The position numbers were made by a program, and so were the translations under genes. The notes below the pieces were generated by a model, which was not told the origin of the DNA, did no database searches, and worked only from the letters and a program-made list of their open reading frames with translations. From NCBI GenBank assembly GCA_964187785.1, contig OZ076412.1, forward strand, positions 75,020,001-75,084,000: 64,000 nt of DNA, read 5' to 3'. Of the stretch, positions 13,401 through 26,600 are shown in pieces. This stretch comes from Amphiscolops sp. MND2022. Its lineage: Eukaryota. Position 1 is the stretch's first letter; every line of letters starts with the position of its first letter.

Positions 13401-15360
13401 CTCAACGTGTTAAGGAAATCAAACAGTTTCGTTGATTGGTCACCATCTACAGCCAGTTCATCCCGAACTTCACATCGAAAACTGCCCCATTATCTGATCT
13501 GAGTAAGAGGTCGGAGTTTGAGTTCCAGTGGACTAAAAAATGTCAACGCGATTTCGAAAGGCTGATGTCTGAGCCAGCAAGAAACCTGTAGTTCAGCCGT
13601 ATTCTCTGAAGAAGGAAGTAACGATCACAACTGATGCGTCTGAGAAAGCTAATAGCGGAGTCCTATCCCTGGAGGGCCACCGTGTAGTTTTTTTAAATCA
13701 AAGACATGGTCTCAAGCTGAGCAATGGTACTCTAAGGTTGAGCGTGAAGCACTAGAGAGTTTTTCTGTGGTAAAACGCTCAAAGCAGTTTTTACTTGGCC
13801 GGAAGCTCAACCTGGATACTGATCATAGTCCTCTGGAATTCATATTTGCTCCAAACAAGGAACTCCCAAAAACCGTATCAGAAAGAATCACAAAATGGGA
13901 GTTTTTACTTCTGGCCTTTGTTTTGAGAATAAATAGAATGAAGGTTCTTCAATTCCTCATGCCGACGCCATGACTAGACAGACTCTGTCTTAATGAACTC
14001 TGTGTTCACTTTGCCGAGCAAAAATTCATTCCATTCGAAGAGTTGAGGAGTGAATGTGATCGCGATGAATTGGCAAAGCGAATTTTCAGGCGTGTATCCG
14101 TTGGCAATTGGAAAGCATTTTCTCAAGCAGAGAGTATATTCAAGAGAGTATCTGGTTTTCTCACTGTCGAGAACCGGCTGCTTTACAATGGAATCAGACC
14201 CTACATTGCACCAAGAATGCAGAACATTGTCGTTGAACGAGCCCATGTTACGCATCCTGATGTCCAGGCGACTAAGAACATGGTAAACCTCCTGTATCGG
14301 TGACCTGGGTTCCGGAAATTCATAAGAGCTTGCCCTGAATGTGCAAAAATCCGACCACAACTTGAGAAATTGGTCGATCCTTGACCAGATGCACAGTCAA
14401 GGGAGAGACTACAAATGGATTGGGCTTATATTCAAGAAGAGGGCAACGTTCTTATTGGAGTTTACGCCTTTGATCTAATTGCTTGGGTCTAATGGAATTA
14501 GATCTAACTGTTAGGTCTAACGTTCAGATCTAATTCTTTTTAAAATACTTAGGTCTAACCCCTTTATGATCTAATATGTGCTCTGAGAGCGAAAATATAA
14601 TGTGAGGCATATGCGATGTATGCACGCTCGCCCTCACCGTCGCAAAGACCAGCTCCCACTACGATCGCTTCGCGATCTCCGTTCTCGCTAGGTCTTTGCT
14701 CCTGTTCAACCTCGCTTAGCAAGATGGGAATATAAACGGCCCCAAGGGGCCGCGGGGCACTAGAGCAAATGGGGACATATCCGAGGCACGGTTTATACTT
14801 TTTATCACTTTTTAGTTTTAGATCCTAATTGACCTATTTTTTTTCTCAAATTAAATCAAAATAGAAGAGATTTTTGGACCTGATTGTTTAAATCAATTTT
14901 AGATCTCAGTTTTGCCCCCTCTCTTAGATCTATTTCATTAGACCTAATTCCACGTAGCTGCAGGCTGAAGGTTGCATCAAATAGAGATTCCAATGTACAA
15001 TCCAAGGAGTAATTGACTTGCCGAAGGGGCTGCGCAGACTGCATTGAGGGCATGGGACTCGTCTTTTTGCTTTAGTTTCCATGCATTTCTGCCGCGGGTT
15101 CTGGTCACACACCGTAACACTTCTTCCGTGAGATGGAAGGATCCCTCTGAAGTTCTACTTGTAAGGAAATCGCGACTTCCTGCTGTCATCATTCATGCCA
15201 AAATGCAAAAACAATCATGTTATAAGCGCGTTGGCTGGCTTTATTGCTAGCATCGAATAATTCTTGTAACCCTGCAATCCGCACGTGCCTTCTGTGTCAA
15301 TTCTATTCTATTTTCTTCGTTCTTGATGCAATGATAGAAAGTCATTTGTAGTGCCATATC
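10427..15360 (+). mobile_element. Degenerate Gypsy retrotransposon, copy A (homologous to 28154-33580)
   Basis: Gag (LVVAERKGFFQMSQG, EMIRSQFITGLRD, Zn knuckle), RT (KPDAKPVFCRARKVP, FRLCADFK, GLFKLLRLPQGIK, QDD), RNase H (ITTDASEK, LDTDHSPLEFIF), integrase (RAHVTHP..., MDWAYI, PRSN). Interrupted by a MITE at 14469-14957 and truncated by the LINE at ~15360. Confidence 0.9.
14469..14957. mobile_element. Non-autonomous foldback/MITE-like insertion with GGTCTAA/GATCTAA arm motifs
   Basis: Absent from Gypsy copy B at the equivalent site (~33135-33180). The left arm repeats (g/a)gtctaa and gatctaa; the right arm has inverted ttagatc/ttagacc. The core 14580-14800 is the reverse complement of 32268-32490. 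No clean TSD. Confidence 0.7.
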
Positions 15361-15758
15361 CGGATGGAAAAACACTGCAAACTGTCAAACTGACGTTTCC
15401 CTCAAAAGCCCAGTTTAACATGGCAACAGCCGACGGGATTTTCATTGACCATTTGTACTATCAACCAGTCGAATTCATACTGCAAGGAATACGAATAATC
15501 CGTTGCCACCGATGTCAGAAGTTCGGACACGTCGGTTCCAATTGCTATTCGAAAGTCTCATGCAAACATTGTTCTGGCGAGCACTCTATCGACAACTGCA
15601 GCGGTAATCAGCCTGCCAGGTGTACCAATTGCAACGGAAGCCACGAAGCTGATTCTCTTGACTGCCCAACTTATATTAAACAGGTGCAAAGAGTTCATGA
15701 GGCACGAGGTCTACAAGCGCCGACTTTGAGAAACCCTGTGTCAAAAAATGATGGCTAA
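15351..15758 (+). CDS. LINE ORF1 (gag-like), 5'-truncated, three CCHC zinc knuckles
   Basis: CHRCQKFGHVGSNC, CKHCSGEHSIDNC and CTNCNGSHEADSLDC form the triple knuckle typical of I/Jockey/R1-group ORF1. Its stop overlaps the ORF2 start at 15748. Confidence 0.85.
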   Translation: MPYPDGKTLQTVKLTFPSKAQFNMATADGIFIDHLYYQPVEFILQGIRIIRCHRCQKFGHVGSNCYSKVSCKHCSGEHSIDNCSGNQPARCTNCNGSHEADSLDCPTYIKQVQRVHEARGLQAPTLRNPVSKNDG

Positions 15759-18700
15759 CCCTGGTTTCACCTTCTTGCAGATAAATATATGCGGCCTGAG
15801 TGATCATAGTAAAATAGCATTGAATCAATACTTACAACAAACCAAAGCAGATATCGTTTTTCTTAATGAAACCAAGACACAAATTAGCGCAAATCTGTTC
15901 GACAATTACACAACAATCAGTTCTATGGGTGGTAGTTCTGGGGGCGTCGCAGTTTTATTGAAACATCAAATCCCTTACTCAAGACTTAATCAACTCGAAG
16001 ACACCTCTGTTGATAATATTGTTTTGACAGATGGGCTGAGCAGAATTAAGTTAGTTGTGTCTACTGCATATGTCAGACCCGATGACTTCGAAGGATTGAG
16101 AAGTACAATAAAAGTTATACAGAGTTGCATAATGTATGTTAACAAAAATTGCCTGAATGGAGCTATTTTCTTTGGTGATCTCAATGCAAGACATACCTAT
16201 TGGGAGACAAATCGTGTAACTTATTAGGTGAGGAACTAGTTCAAATAGCTGACCACTTCAGCATTCTCAATGATGGTGAGCCTACGTTTTTGGCAGCAAA
16301 TGGCTACAGTGTTATCGATCTCTGCATTTGTTATGGGCCTCTGTTTGATAGATGTAAACACTCTGTGTCTACGGATGAATTTGCTGAGCTGTTCACCGGT
16401 GCTCGACAGAGGGGTCATGTTCCTGTTATTATGAGATTAGAGCGTAGTAGCACCACTGAGAAAACCAAGAAATTATGGATTGAAAAAGCTGATTGGGTGG
16501 GTTGGACTTCTTTCGTTGAGGGCCGAAAAGATGATCTCATGGTTGTTGGGGACGACCCTGTTTTTCTTTGGAACGAGTTCAAGAATCTGCTGCACGAAGC
16601 TTCCCTTAGTCATATACCACTCAAATGTGTTTCAAATCATAGCAAACCGTTTTGGAAATTTTGAAAATGGACAAAAGCTAAAGGCAGCGAAGGAACGTTT
16701 CAAAATTCTACTCAACAAAAGTGTAAATGAATGGATGGAAAACTATCTGTCATCGCTTGGGCATAAAAGAGGAAGAGACTTTTGGACTTCTTACAAGGCC
16801 TTACTCAACACTAAACATGAAGGAGTTGGTCTTTTACGTATTAAGGAAGGGAGACTCTTATATGCTCCAGAGGAAATTAGCAAAAAATTTGAAACCACGT
16901 TCTCCGGAGGAGAACATCTGAAAAAGCAAATTTTCAACGATGCAACACAACTACAAGTAGAAGCCAAAATAAATCAACCACATGATGGTCCTGAACATGA
17001 TATTGAAGTATTTCATGACAAAATTACTTTCGATGAATTGAAGAATGCAATTTTGAAATCAAGCAACACTAAATCTTTTGATATTGATGGTCTCCATTTG
17101 ACAATGATAAAGAATTTGGGAACTAAAGCACTCCTTTTTCTGCTGAATATTTTCCAATGCTTGCAGGGAGTATCATGTGTGGCCATGGACGGAGTCACGA
17201 GTCGTATTCATACGCAAGCCAAACAAAGAGAGATTTGATGAATGCTCTTCATATCGACCACTCTCAATCTCCAGTCATATCGGCAAAACGTTGGAAAGAA
17301 TACTTGCAACCAGAATCAAATCGTATCTCGATGTGAATGGACTGCTTGGTGACGAACAGGAGGGTTTCAGATCGAAAAGAAACACCACTCGATTGCTCTA
17401 CAGACTCCATCTCATGCTGGAAAATGCCAAACGTTCACGTTTACCGACGGCTCTGCTTAACATTGACCCCGAAAAAACTTTCGATAGGGTGTGGGTGGAC
17501 GGCCTTCTCTTTAAACTGTTGGAACACAATATTTTTGGCAAAATGTATCAGATAAAAAATCGTTCTTAGAAACCAGAGTCGCTTCATTTGAACAGATACA
17601 AATCGCCAAAGTTCCAGATTGACATTGGCGTTCCCCAGGGAAGTGTGTTGTCACCATTACTCTTCATTATCTTCCTAAACGACTTCCTCAGTAATCAAGC
17701 TCAAAAATTCAAGTTTGCAGACGATAGTTCTCTCATTGCCACTGGCAAGGATCCGTCAGATTTATCTGCTATCCTTTGAAAAACTTGTTCTGACATCGCG
17801 AAGTGGTGTGCAGATTGGAGGATTTTAGTGAACGGAGGAAAAACTGAATTAATCCTCTTCAATTGCGAAGAGAATGACTTCGAACTCCCGTGTCTCAACG
17901 GTGATATATGTCAAGTTAAAAAAAACAACAAAGTCTCTCGGAGTAATTATCGATAGCAAGCTCAACTACCGGGATCATTCTACTAAAACTATCGAGAGAG
18001 CAAAACGAAATTGGATTATAAACAAGTCGTTATGCAATAGAAAATGGAGCCTTGCAGTCCCAACGCTGGTTCTGTTGTACAAAACTACTATCTTACCCTC
18101 ACTTTTTTATGCAGCACCAACTTGGCTTGAGAAAAACCTCAATTACGTCACAGCAGTACAGAACAATTTCATGAGGACAGTTTTTAGACACGGATTTTCG
18201 CCGAATATCGACTCCTGTCGAGTTCTGCTAGGAACGCCGCCTCTTGATCTTCTTGAAGCTCAAATTAGAAGACGATTTACTACATTGGACCCATGATGCA
18301 TCTTCATCTTTTCCGGACAGTGTTGCTAGCCTCCTCGAGAGTCATGTTACCAGATTCGGAAAGTTTTTGAGAATTCATAATTGTACGAGATACAAACAGC
18401 AAGATATCAACTTTTTCATTAACTATCTTTGGAACCTCAGGTGGAAAAAAAAGACAACAGGTCATTTCTGAAATGTTACACCAGTACCCCACCAACTTGT
18501 AACACTATATCGCGCCTTTTCAACCTTCAAAGGTATGAAGCCATCAAAATTTGTGAAATGCTGATCGGCAATTCTTTCTCTTTAGCCGATTACGCCTGGA
18601 AAAATTGGCAGACGGAATCTCCGATGTGTCATTGTGGCAAAAGGGAGTGCTTTTGAGCAAACTGAAAAAGTGCTTGATTTCAGTATGTCGCTGCAACATT

Positions 18701-19027
18701 TCAAACTGGTGCTACGTAACTTTCTTCTATAAGAATCTCAAACTTTCATATCTCGAACTCCTGTTCACTGTTTATAAAATGCTACTGTTCGTTTTGTCGC
18801 TCATAATCTTTCGGTTTTTCGTTTTATTCATAACATGTATGTATTTTATAACTCCATAATCTTGGAATTAAGTCTTCTACTACTACTACAAAAGGGAAGA
18901 GACTACAGAACATTTTTTCTGGCATGTGGTCTATACCAAGACATTAGACCTGAAGACATTGACTCATTGAATCTCCCTGACCCTGAAGATTGCAATACCA
19001 TTGTCAACTACATCTCACATTCAACGA
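15748..19027 (+). mobile_element. I/Jockey-group LINE ORF2 (APE endonuclease + RT + C-terminal Cys/His), disrupted
   Basis: APE: FLQINICGL, DIVFLNETK, FFGDLNARH, SVIDLCI. RT: SYRPLSISSHIGKTLERI, QEGFR, GVPQGSVLSPLLF, FADD. C-terminal SPMCHCGK...ETTEHF.LAC. Several stops and frameshifts; no RNase H seen. Confidence 0.9.
18647..18888 (+). mobile_element. 242-bp retroposed insertion with (CTA)4 tail and 9-bp TSD
   Basis: CAAAAGGGA at 18638-18646 and 18889-18897. The insert ends ctactactacta. Removing it rejoins the LINE C-terminal CHCGK-REETTEHF motif. Confidence 0.8.
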
Positions 19028-19167
19028 AGTTAAAAGGAATCGTATAGCTCTCATCATTAAATTCTATCTTAACTTTATCCAACTCTCAATGCTCTCTTTG
19101 TACTATTTATATACGATGAATACACTCCCGCAAATTGGGGATATATATAAACATGTACAGATTTTTT

Positions 19168-19982
19168 TTAACAACAGCTACATTTCAGGAACATTTTACA
19201 GCCACTATCTTCATATTTAGTTTTGTAGTGATTCCAGTAAATTCTCTTTAGATCGGATTCAAATGCGGCAGGGTGGTTTGGCAGTTTAATGTTGTATTCT
19301 TGTTGTACAAAATTGCTAAGTTTGATGATTCGATTGAAGAAAAATTCCCGTGTACACTTTAAACGTGTGTAGTCAGACATGAAAATATTTTTGGTGTTAC
19401 TTCTGAGCTCATAATTTTTGTTGTGTTGATTTGAACACACATAATCCCATATGGTGAAGTCATAAAGGCCCATCGTGAGCTTGTTGAACAGTAGCAGATC
19501 CTGCATTTGAAGATGTAAAGAGATCGGTAAATGGTGATATTTGTCAAGAAGTTGATGAAATGAGCTCCTATAGTCAATCCACTTGAAACAGATCCGCTGC
19601 AGCCTTTGTATTTTTTTAAGTCTCTGTTCGGATGCCAAACACCTGAAGCATAAGCAAGTGCGGGTAAAATGTAGATGCGGTACAATTTAAAGTTCATGTC
19701 AGGGTTAAGCATTTTAGGAAGGTTCCGACGTAACATGGCTAGGCGTTTATAACAATTTGCTATTTTAATATTTATGTGATCGGTCCATGTCAAATTTGGA
19801 GAGACCCAGACACCAAGATCACGAATACTCTTTGTTGTAGGATAGATATCATTTTCTCCCATGTGTAGGACAAGGTTATCACTTTGCATCTTTGATTTAC
19901 TGAAGTGTAATAATTTCGTCTTCTGCAAGTTAAAGTCGAGTTTGTTTTCTTCACTCCACTTCATTAGTGATAACAAATCGTT
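19168..19982 (-). mobile_element. CR1-type LINE, 3' part of RT ORF (runs into the gap)
   Basis: LMKWSEENKLDFNLQKTKLL, IRDLGVWVSPNLTWTDHI, LYRIYILPALAYASGVW, then in a second frame YELRS...TRLKCTREFFFNRIIKLSN. Confidence 0.8.
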
Positions 19983-20182
19983 NNNNNNNNNNNNNNNNNN
20001 NNNNNNNNNNNNNNNNNNNNNNNNNNNNNNNNNNNNNNNNNNNNNNNNNNNNNNNNNNNNNNNNNNNNNNNNNNNNNNNNNNNNNNNNNNNNNNNNNNNN
20101 NNNNNNNNNNNNNNNNNNNNNNNNNNNNNNNNNNNNNNNNNNNNNNNNNNNNNNNNNNNNNNNNNNNNNNNNNNNNNNNNNN
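19983..20182. other. Assembly gap (200 N)
   Basis: Run of exactly 200 N. The round number suggests a scaffolding placeholder, so true distance and continuity across it are unknown. Confidence 0.97.
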
Positions 20183-22949
20183 ATAACTTTCTTCCCAAAC
20201 GTTACGTAATAGATTCGACACGAAGATGACGTAACCAAATGTAAAAAACACGCACCGTGTGTCGAGTACAAAATGACTCCTCCACCGGTACTAGACTTTC
20301 TTCGTTGATAAAACTGATGCTCCAACGAAATTGGAGCGGTCTTTTCCATTGTGCCAAGCAACAGCGGAGTTTGAAAGAAGGCACTTTTTCCAGTGACAAG
20401 GTAGCCCATAGCACAAAACCTATTTCTCTTGCCTTATTTCCTTTTAGTGGGAACTGCCGTTATCGAGGTTTGGACCTCAGCAAATCCTAAATCTTTGATA
20501 GTATTTGTGCAAAAGCTACTTTTTTGGCGAATTGATCTTTCAACAAAAAAATGCAATTTTTCTACGTGTGTGCTTCATCGAATGTTAAACGTGGAATATA
20601 TTTGCTTGATTCCAAAACACAAAAAAATGAAAATGAAAAAGCGAGTAACCACTTTTGCAAGTGACACTCCCGAAGATTCAATAGTTCAAAATGACAAAGT
20701 CGTAGATGCGTTGATGCATCTCAAGATTACTGTTGTAGGGTTGTACAAACGGCTCTTGTGTAGGCTCCACCAAAGTCTACAAATTGGCATCATTTTGCAC
20801 GATTGGATTGATGATATGCTATGAAGTATGACGACAATGATATGAACAGAACGTAGACAACGTAGAAGATGAAAACAACAAAAATAACAGTAATTTCGAT
20901 AAAGCATTTTCAAAAAACCTAACTTTTATTACGTTTTCCCTTTTCAAACCGCGACACTATTTCAAACTGTTGAGCAAGCGTTTTACAGTCTTCAAATTTG
21001 CAGGATGTTTTTGATGGATGAAATTTTATTTTAAAAAGTCTGTTCAGAGTAGACATGCTGCGCGAGTAATGTTGGAGGAGAGAATATTGCTTTGAAGACT
21101 ACTGCAATCTCCCTGAACAGGAGGGGAGTTGAAGACATCAACAATCACAGTGGTATCTATTCCATAACCCGTGAACGCCGTCACCGGGTTCAAACCACCA
21201 TTTACCCGTGCAACTAGTACCAAAGCAATCTTTCGCGCAACCGACTACTCCAACCAGACCTTGAACAAAACATTCGCTGCAGCCTTTTCAAAGAAAACTG
21301 ACAATGACTATATCTGCACCAGGGAGAATGTTGAAACAAATTCGAAAAAAAAAATGTTTTAACTGAATTCATTTCTGAGGAGCGTTCAAACTGTCCAGCG
21401 ATTTTCCTGGTTTGTCAATCCCACCATCCATCGCCTGAGCTAGTAAACAACCCTTGAGCAAATGCAGTACGAATTCATAAGGGCTTGGATTTCGTTTGAT
21501 GTAAAGTGTCCTATACATGTTTTCACTGCTGTGTAAAAGATTTAGCCCTCTGAGTGAAGTTTTGACTTGGACTGAAAACGGTTGCTATACGCACACTACT
21601 GTATAATCAACACCAGCGTCCCAACAAAACCTTAATCCCGTGTTACATTCAGACAAGCCCCCAAACACGTTTTTCCCGCTCTCCGAATGAAAATTGGAAG
21701 AAAAAAAACAAACAATGTATTTTAGACCACACTTGCCTAACATTTTTGCAGAAAAATAATATTTCGTTTGGCTAAAACTTGTTTGCTCTTACAAAAACAT
21801 GAGAAAATAAACGTATCGACACTTATCCAAAGAGAAATTGAAAAAATAAAGTAGATTCCATATTATTCACTCGTTTCTTAAAAAATATATCTTTTAGATT
21901 ATTATTTTGTACTCAACTTATAATAAAGTGATACTTTTTTTCAAAAATCAAATAATCTGACTCGAGAACTCTTTGTTACCTTCATGGTATCAATTTTACC
22001 CTATGAATAACTGACATATCTTGAATGTTTTGAATAAACATGTGAAATGAAGAACCAGTGAAAACTTTTTAAAATAATTTGATTGAAAAACAATGAAGGC
22101 TCTGATGAAAGTGAAAACTGTCTCTTAATCGGAATTGATATGATTATTGTTTTGAAGATTTTGATGAAGAGTATTTCACAACTTTCGAAAAAACTTTTTG
22201 TAGTAAGAAACTTTCTAGTTTTGAAGAATCAAAGTGTTTGTTCACACAGAATAATTCTTCTTCCGAGAACAATTTTTGAAGGAATCTCTGAGTAGAATTC
22301 TTTTTGATGTACCTTATTTTTTAGAAATTGAACCAAAACGTTTGCAATTTGAAAGACGAAATGACCGATAATTGAAAACAAAACAAAAGCAGGATCTCTA
22401 GAACAATATGAAGACGTGAGCAATATGAAAGCGAGGAACACGTTTCGAATCTGAAGTTTTTTCATTCCTCGAGCATAATTTGAAATAATTAAATTCTGTG
22501 CTGTTTATGATTTTATGCATGATGGCAATCAGAGATAGACAGATCAGTTCCCTCTACCGGATACCATGCACCCAAACGACCAATCAGAAACAAGACAAAC
22601 CCCATTCCTTCCAGGAAAGCCTGAAAAACGTTGAAGAACCGAACTTTGGAAGAGAACGGGTTGGAATGGAACTTATTCAAAATATAGTATATATTCTTCA
22701 AATACTGAACCAATCCAGGTTAAATTGGATATCTTTTTGTTGTGAAAAAATTTTCTTTTAACCGTCTGTTAATTGGTGATTGTATATGTTTTGTATTAGC
22801 TTGCGTTTCTTTTCATTGATTAGCAGATAAATACAAAGTCAATTCAAATCTCAGTGCCAAAAAATACCCCAAAGGATACACATAAGGCTCGGAAACCACA
22901 GTTTACCCAACTGGAATTACAAAAAATCTTTTTTTGAAAATTAATTCGA

Positions 22950-23275
22950 TTTTTTTTTCGGGAAAGTCTCATAGTGCCGAAAAAGGAACTTTCCGCTTAG
23001 AAACTACTTTCCTCAAGCCGAAAACAGATAGGAAAGCAGGAACATACCCTTTAATCAAATGAAAGTTTCGGAAAAAAACGCACAGAGTCAAAACAGCCCA
23101 AAGAATGATAAATAAGTGGAGATAAAACAGCTGTTTGATTATATTGAAAATAATAAGGTCTCACAGTGCCAAAAAAACAGAGGGGGATTCTTCGGCTTCA
23201 GTTGAATTTGTGTCAACTCTGAATATCTTGAGAAACAAAGGAGGGACCCTTTTGTATTATTAAAAAACCTCTCCC
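22950..23275. repeat. Dispersed repeat (AGTCTCANAGTGCCGAAAAA / AAAGGGGGACCCTTT family), degraded copy
   Basis: The same motifs recur at 37640-38110. Confidence 0.55.
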
Positions 23276-23689
23276 ACAAACAAAATTTCCAGTACACGTT
23301 ATATCCGGAATCCGTTATAACCGGTTGGCCGTAAATCTTGTTGTGTGCTTGACGAAGGAGACTCCTTTACATTTCAAGTGCAGGATGTACATTGCCCAAA
23401 GGGACTTTACCAAAATTAAAGAATTTTTACTAGAACTGTTTTTGGAAAACCATGACTATAGTCGCACTTTTCTAAAGAAAAACGCTGTCAAACCAATATG
23501 TTTGTCAAGAATAATTCCAGATTCTTTTCAAATTGGGCGTAATCGAAGCACGTCATAATTTGAATGAAACAATTGAACCGTTTTTTCCGCAAAAATGTTT
23601 TTTTACTTTCACGATGACCTGACTTTTTTGATTCAATAATTCGGATTTCGACCATTTCTAACGGTTTTCATCTGAGCTATGCAGTCAAT

Positions 23690-26600
23690 ACTAAAGTAGC
23701 TGAGATTCGATGAACACTTTCGTATAGGCCTTGTCTTCGATCTGTCTTTCATTATACAGTACAATACTATAGGTCTAAAGTAGCTAAGATTCAATTAACA
23801 CGATCCTGTAGCTTTTATATTCGATCAATCTTTCAACATACAGTACCATAAAATAGGTCTAAAGTAAATATTAGGTGAACACGATCGTATGGGTTTCATA
23901 TTTGATCATCCTTTCCATATACAGTACCATACTATTGCTCTAAAGTAGCTACGATTCAATGAACACAGCCGTAGAGGACTTATGTTTGATCTATCTTTCA
24001 TTATACATCACCAAATTATAGGAGTCGGGTAGCTAAATTTCAATGAACACGGCCGTATAAGACTTATATTCGGTATTTCTTTCAAAATACAGTACAATAC
24101 TATAGGTCTAAAGTAGCTAAGATTCAATTAACACGATCGTATAGCTTTTATATTCGATCAATCTTTTAACATACAGTACCATAAAATAGGTCTAAAGTAG
24201 CTAAGATTCGATGAACAGGGTCGTATATGTTTTATATTCGATCTATCTTTTAAAATACAGTAGCATACTGTAAGTCTAAAAGAGCTAAGAATCAATGAAC
24301 ATAGACATATAGGACTTCTATTGGATCTATCATTCTATATAGCGTACAATACTTTACGTCTAAGGTAGGTAAGATTCAATAAAAACGGTCGTTTGGGACT
24401 TATATTTGATATATCTTTCGATATACAGTCCCATTCTGTAGGTCTAAAGTAGCAAAGATTCAATTAACACAATCTTATAGGTTTTATACTCGATCAATCT
24501 TTCAATATACAGTACCATACTAAAGGTCTAAAGTAGCTAAGATTTTATGAACAAAGTTGTATAGGACTCATATTCGATCTATCTTTCCTTTCACAGTACC
24601 ATACTCTAGGATTAAAGTAGCTAAGATTCATTGAACTCAGCTGTAAAGAAAGTGTATTCGATCTATCTTTCAATATACAGTACAAAACTATAGGTCTAAA
24701 GTAGCTAAGATTCAATTAACACCATCGTATAGGTTTTATATTCGATCGATCTTTCAATATACAGTACCATAAGATAGCTCTAAAGTAGCTAAAATTTATT
24801 GAACAAAGTTGTATAGGACTCATATTTGATCTATATTTCATTTTACAGGACCATACTATAGGAATAATGTAGCTAAGATTCAATTAACACGATCGTATAG
24901 CTTTTATAAGCGATCAATCTTTCAATATACAGTACCATAATATAGGTCTAAAGTAGCTAAGATTCGATGAACAGGGTCGTATATGTTTTATATTTGATCT
25001 ATCTTTCAATATACAGTACCATACTAAAAGTCTGAAGTAGCTAAGATTCAATGAACATAGACGTATAGGACTTATATTGGATCTATCATTCTATATAGAG
25101 TACAATACTTTACGTCTAAAGTAGGTAAGATTCGATGAAAACGGTCGTTTGGGACTTATATTTGATCTATCTTTCGATATAGAGTACTGTAAGATAGGTC
25201 TGAAGTAGCTAAGATTTAATAAACATAGTTGTATAGGACTCATATTTGATCTATCTTTCAAATTACAGAACCTTACTTTAGGACTAAAGTAGTTAAGATT
25301 CGTTGAACACAGCTGTAAAGGACTTATAATTGATCTATCTTCCAATATACCGTACCATAATATAGGTCTAAAGTAGCGGAGATTCGATGAACAGGGTCGT
25401 ATATGTTTTATTGTTTTATATTCGATCTATCTTTCTATATACAGTACCATACTGTAAGTTTAAAGTTTCTAAAATTCATTGAACATAGGCGTATAGAACT
25501 TTTATTGGATCTATCGGTCAATATACAGTACAATACTATACGTCTAAGGTAGCTAAGATTCGACGAACACAGCTGTTAACGACATATATTCGATCTATTT
25601 TTCATTATACAGTACAATACTATAGGTCTAAAGTAGCTAAGATTCAATTAACACAATCTTATAGGTTTTATACTCGATCAATCTTTCAATATACAGTACC
25701 ATACTAAAGGTCTAAAGTAGCTAAGGTTTTATGAACAAAGTTGTATAGGAGTTATCTTTGATCTATCTTTCAATTTACAGTACCATACTATGGATTAAAG
25801 TAGCTAAGATTCATTGAACACAGCTGTAAAGAAATTGTATTCGATCTATCTTTCAATATACAGTACAAAACTATAGGTCTAAAATAGCTAAGATTCAATT
25901 AACACCATCGTATAGGTTTTATATTCGATCGATCTTTCAATATACAGTACCATAAGATAGCTCTAAAGTAGCTAAAATTTATTGAACAAAGTTGTATAGG
26001 ACTCATATTTGATCTATATTTCATTTTACAGTACCATACTATAGGAATAATGTAGCTAAGATTCAATTAACACGATCGTATAGCTTTTATAAGCGATCAA
26101 TCTTTCAATATACAGTACCATAATATAGGTCTAAAGTAGCTAAGATTCGATGAACAGGGTCGTATATGTTTTATATTTGATCTATTTTTCAATATACAGT
26201 ACCATACTAAAAGTCTGAAGTAGCTAAGATTCAATGAACATAGACGTATAGGACTTATATTGGATCTATCATTCTATATAGAGTACAATACTTTACGTCT
26301 AAAGTAGGTAAGATTCGATGAAAACGGTCGTTTGGGACTTATATTTGATCTATCTTTCGATATAGAGTACTGTAAGATAGGTCTGAAGTAGCTAAGACTT
26401 AATAAACATAGTTGTATAGGACTCATATTTGATCTATCTTTCAAATTACAGAACCTTACTTTAGGACTAAAGTAGTTAAGATTCGTTGAACACAGCTGTA
26501 AAGGACTTATAATTGATCTATCTTCCAATATACCGTACCATACTATAGGTCTAAAGTAGCGGAGATTCGATGAACAGGGTCGTATATGTTTTATATTCGA

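Noticed and set aside
19861-20409. ORFs spanning the N run
   Set aside because: Artefacts of translating through the gap.
20183-22800. Protein-like fragments after the gap (e.g. CTGKWWFEPGDGVHGLWNRYHCD on the minus strand)
   Set aside because: No motif I can name and no splice-consistent gene model; needs a translated search.
23290-23324. Pogo-like TIR (CAGTACACGTTATATCCGGAATCCGTTATAACCGG)
   Set aside because: Only one end is present, with no partner TIR or TA TSD.
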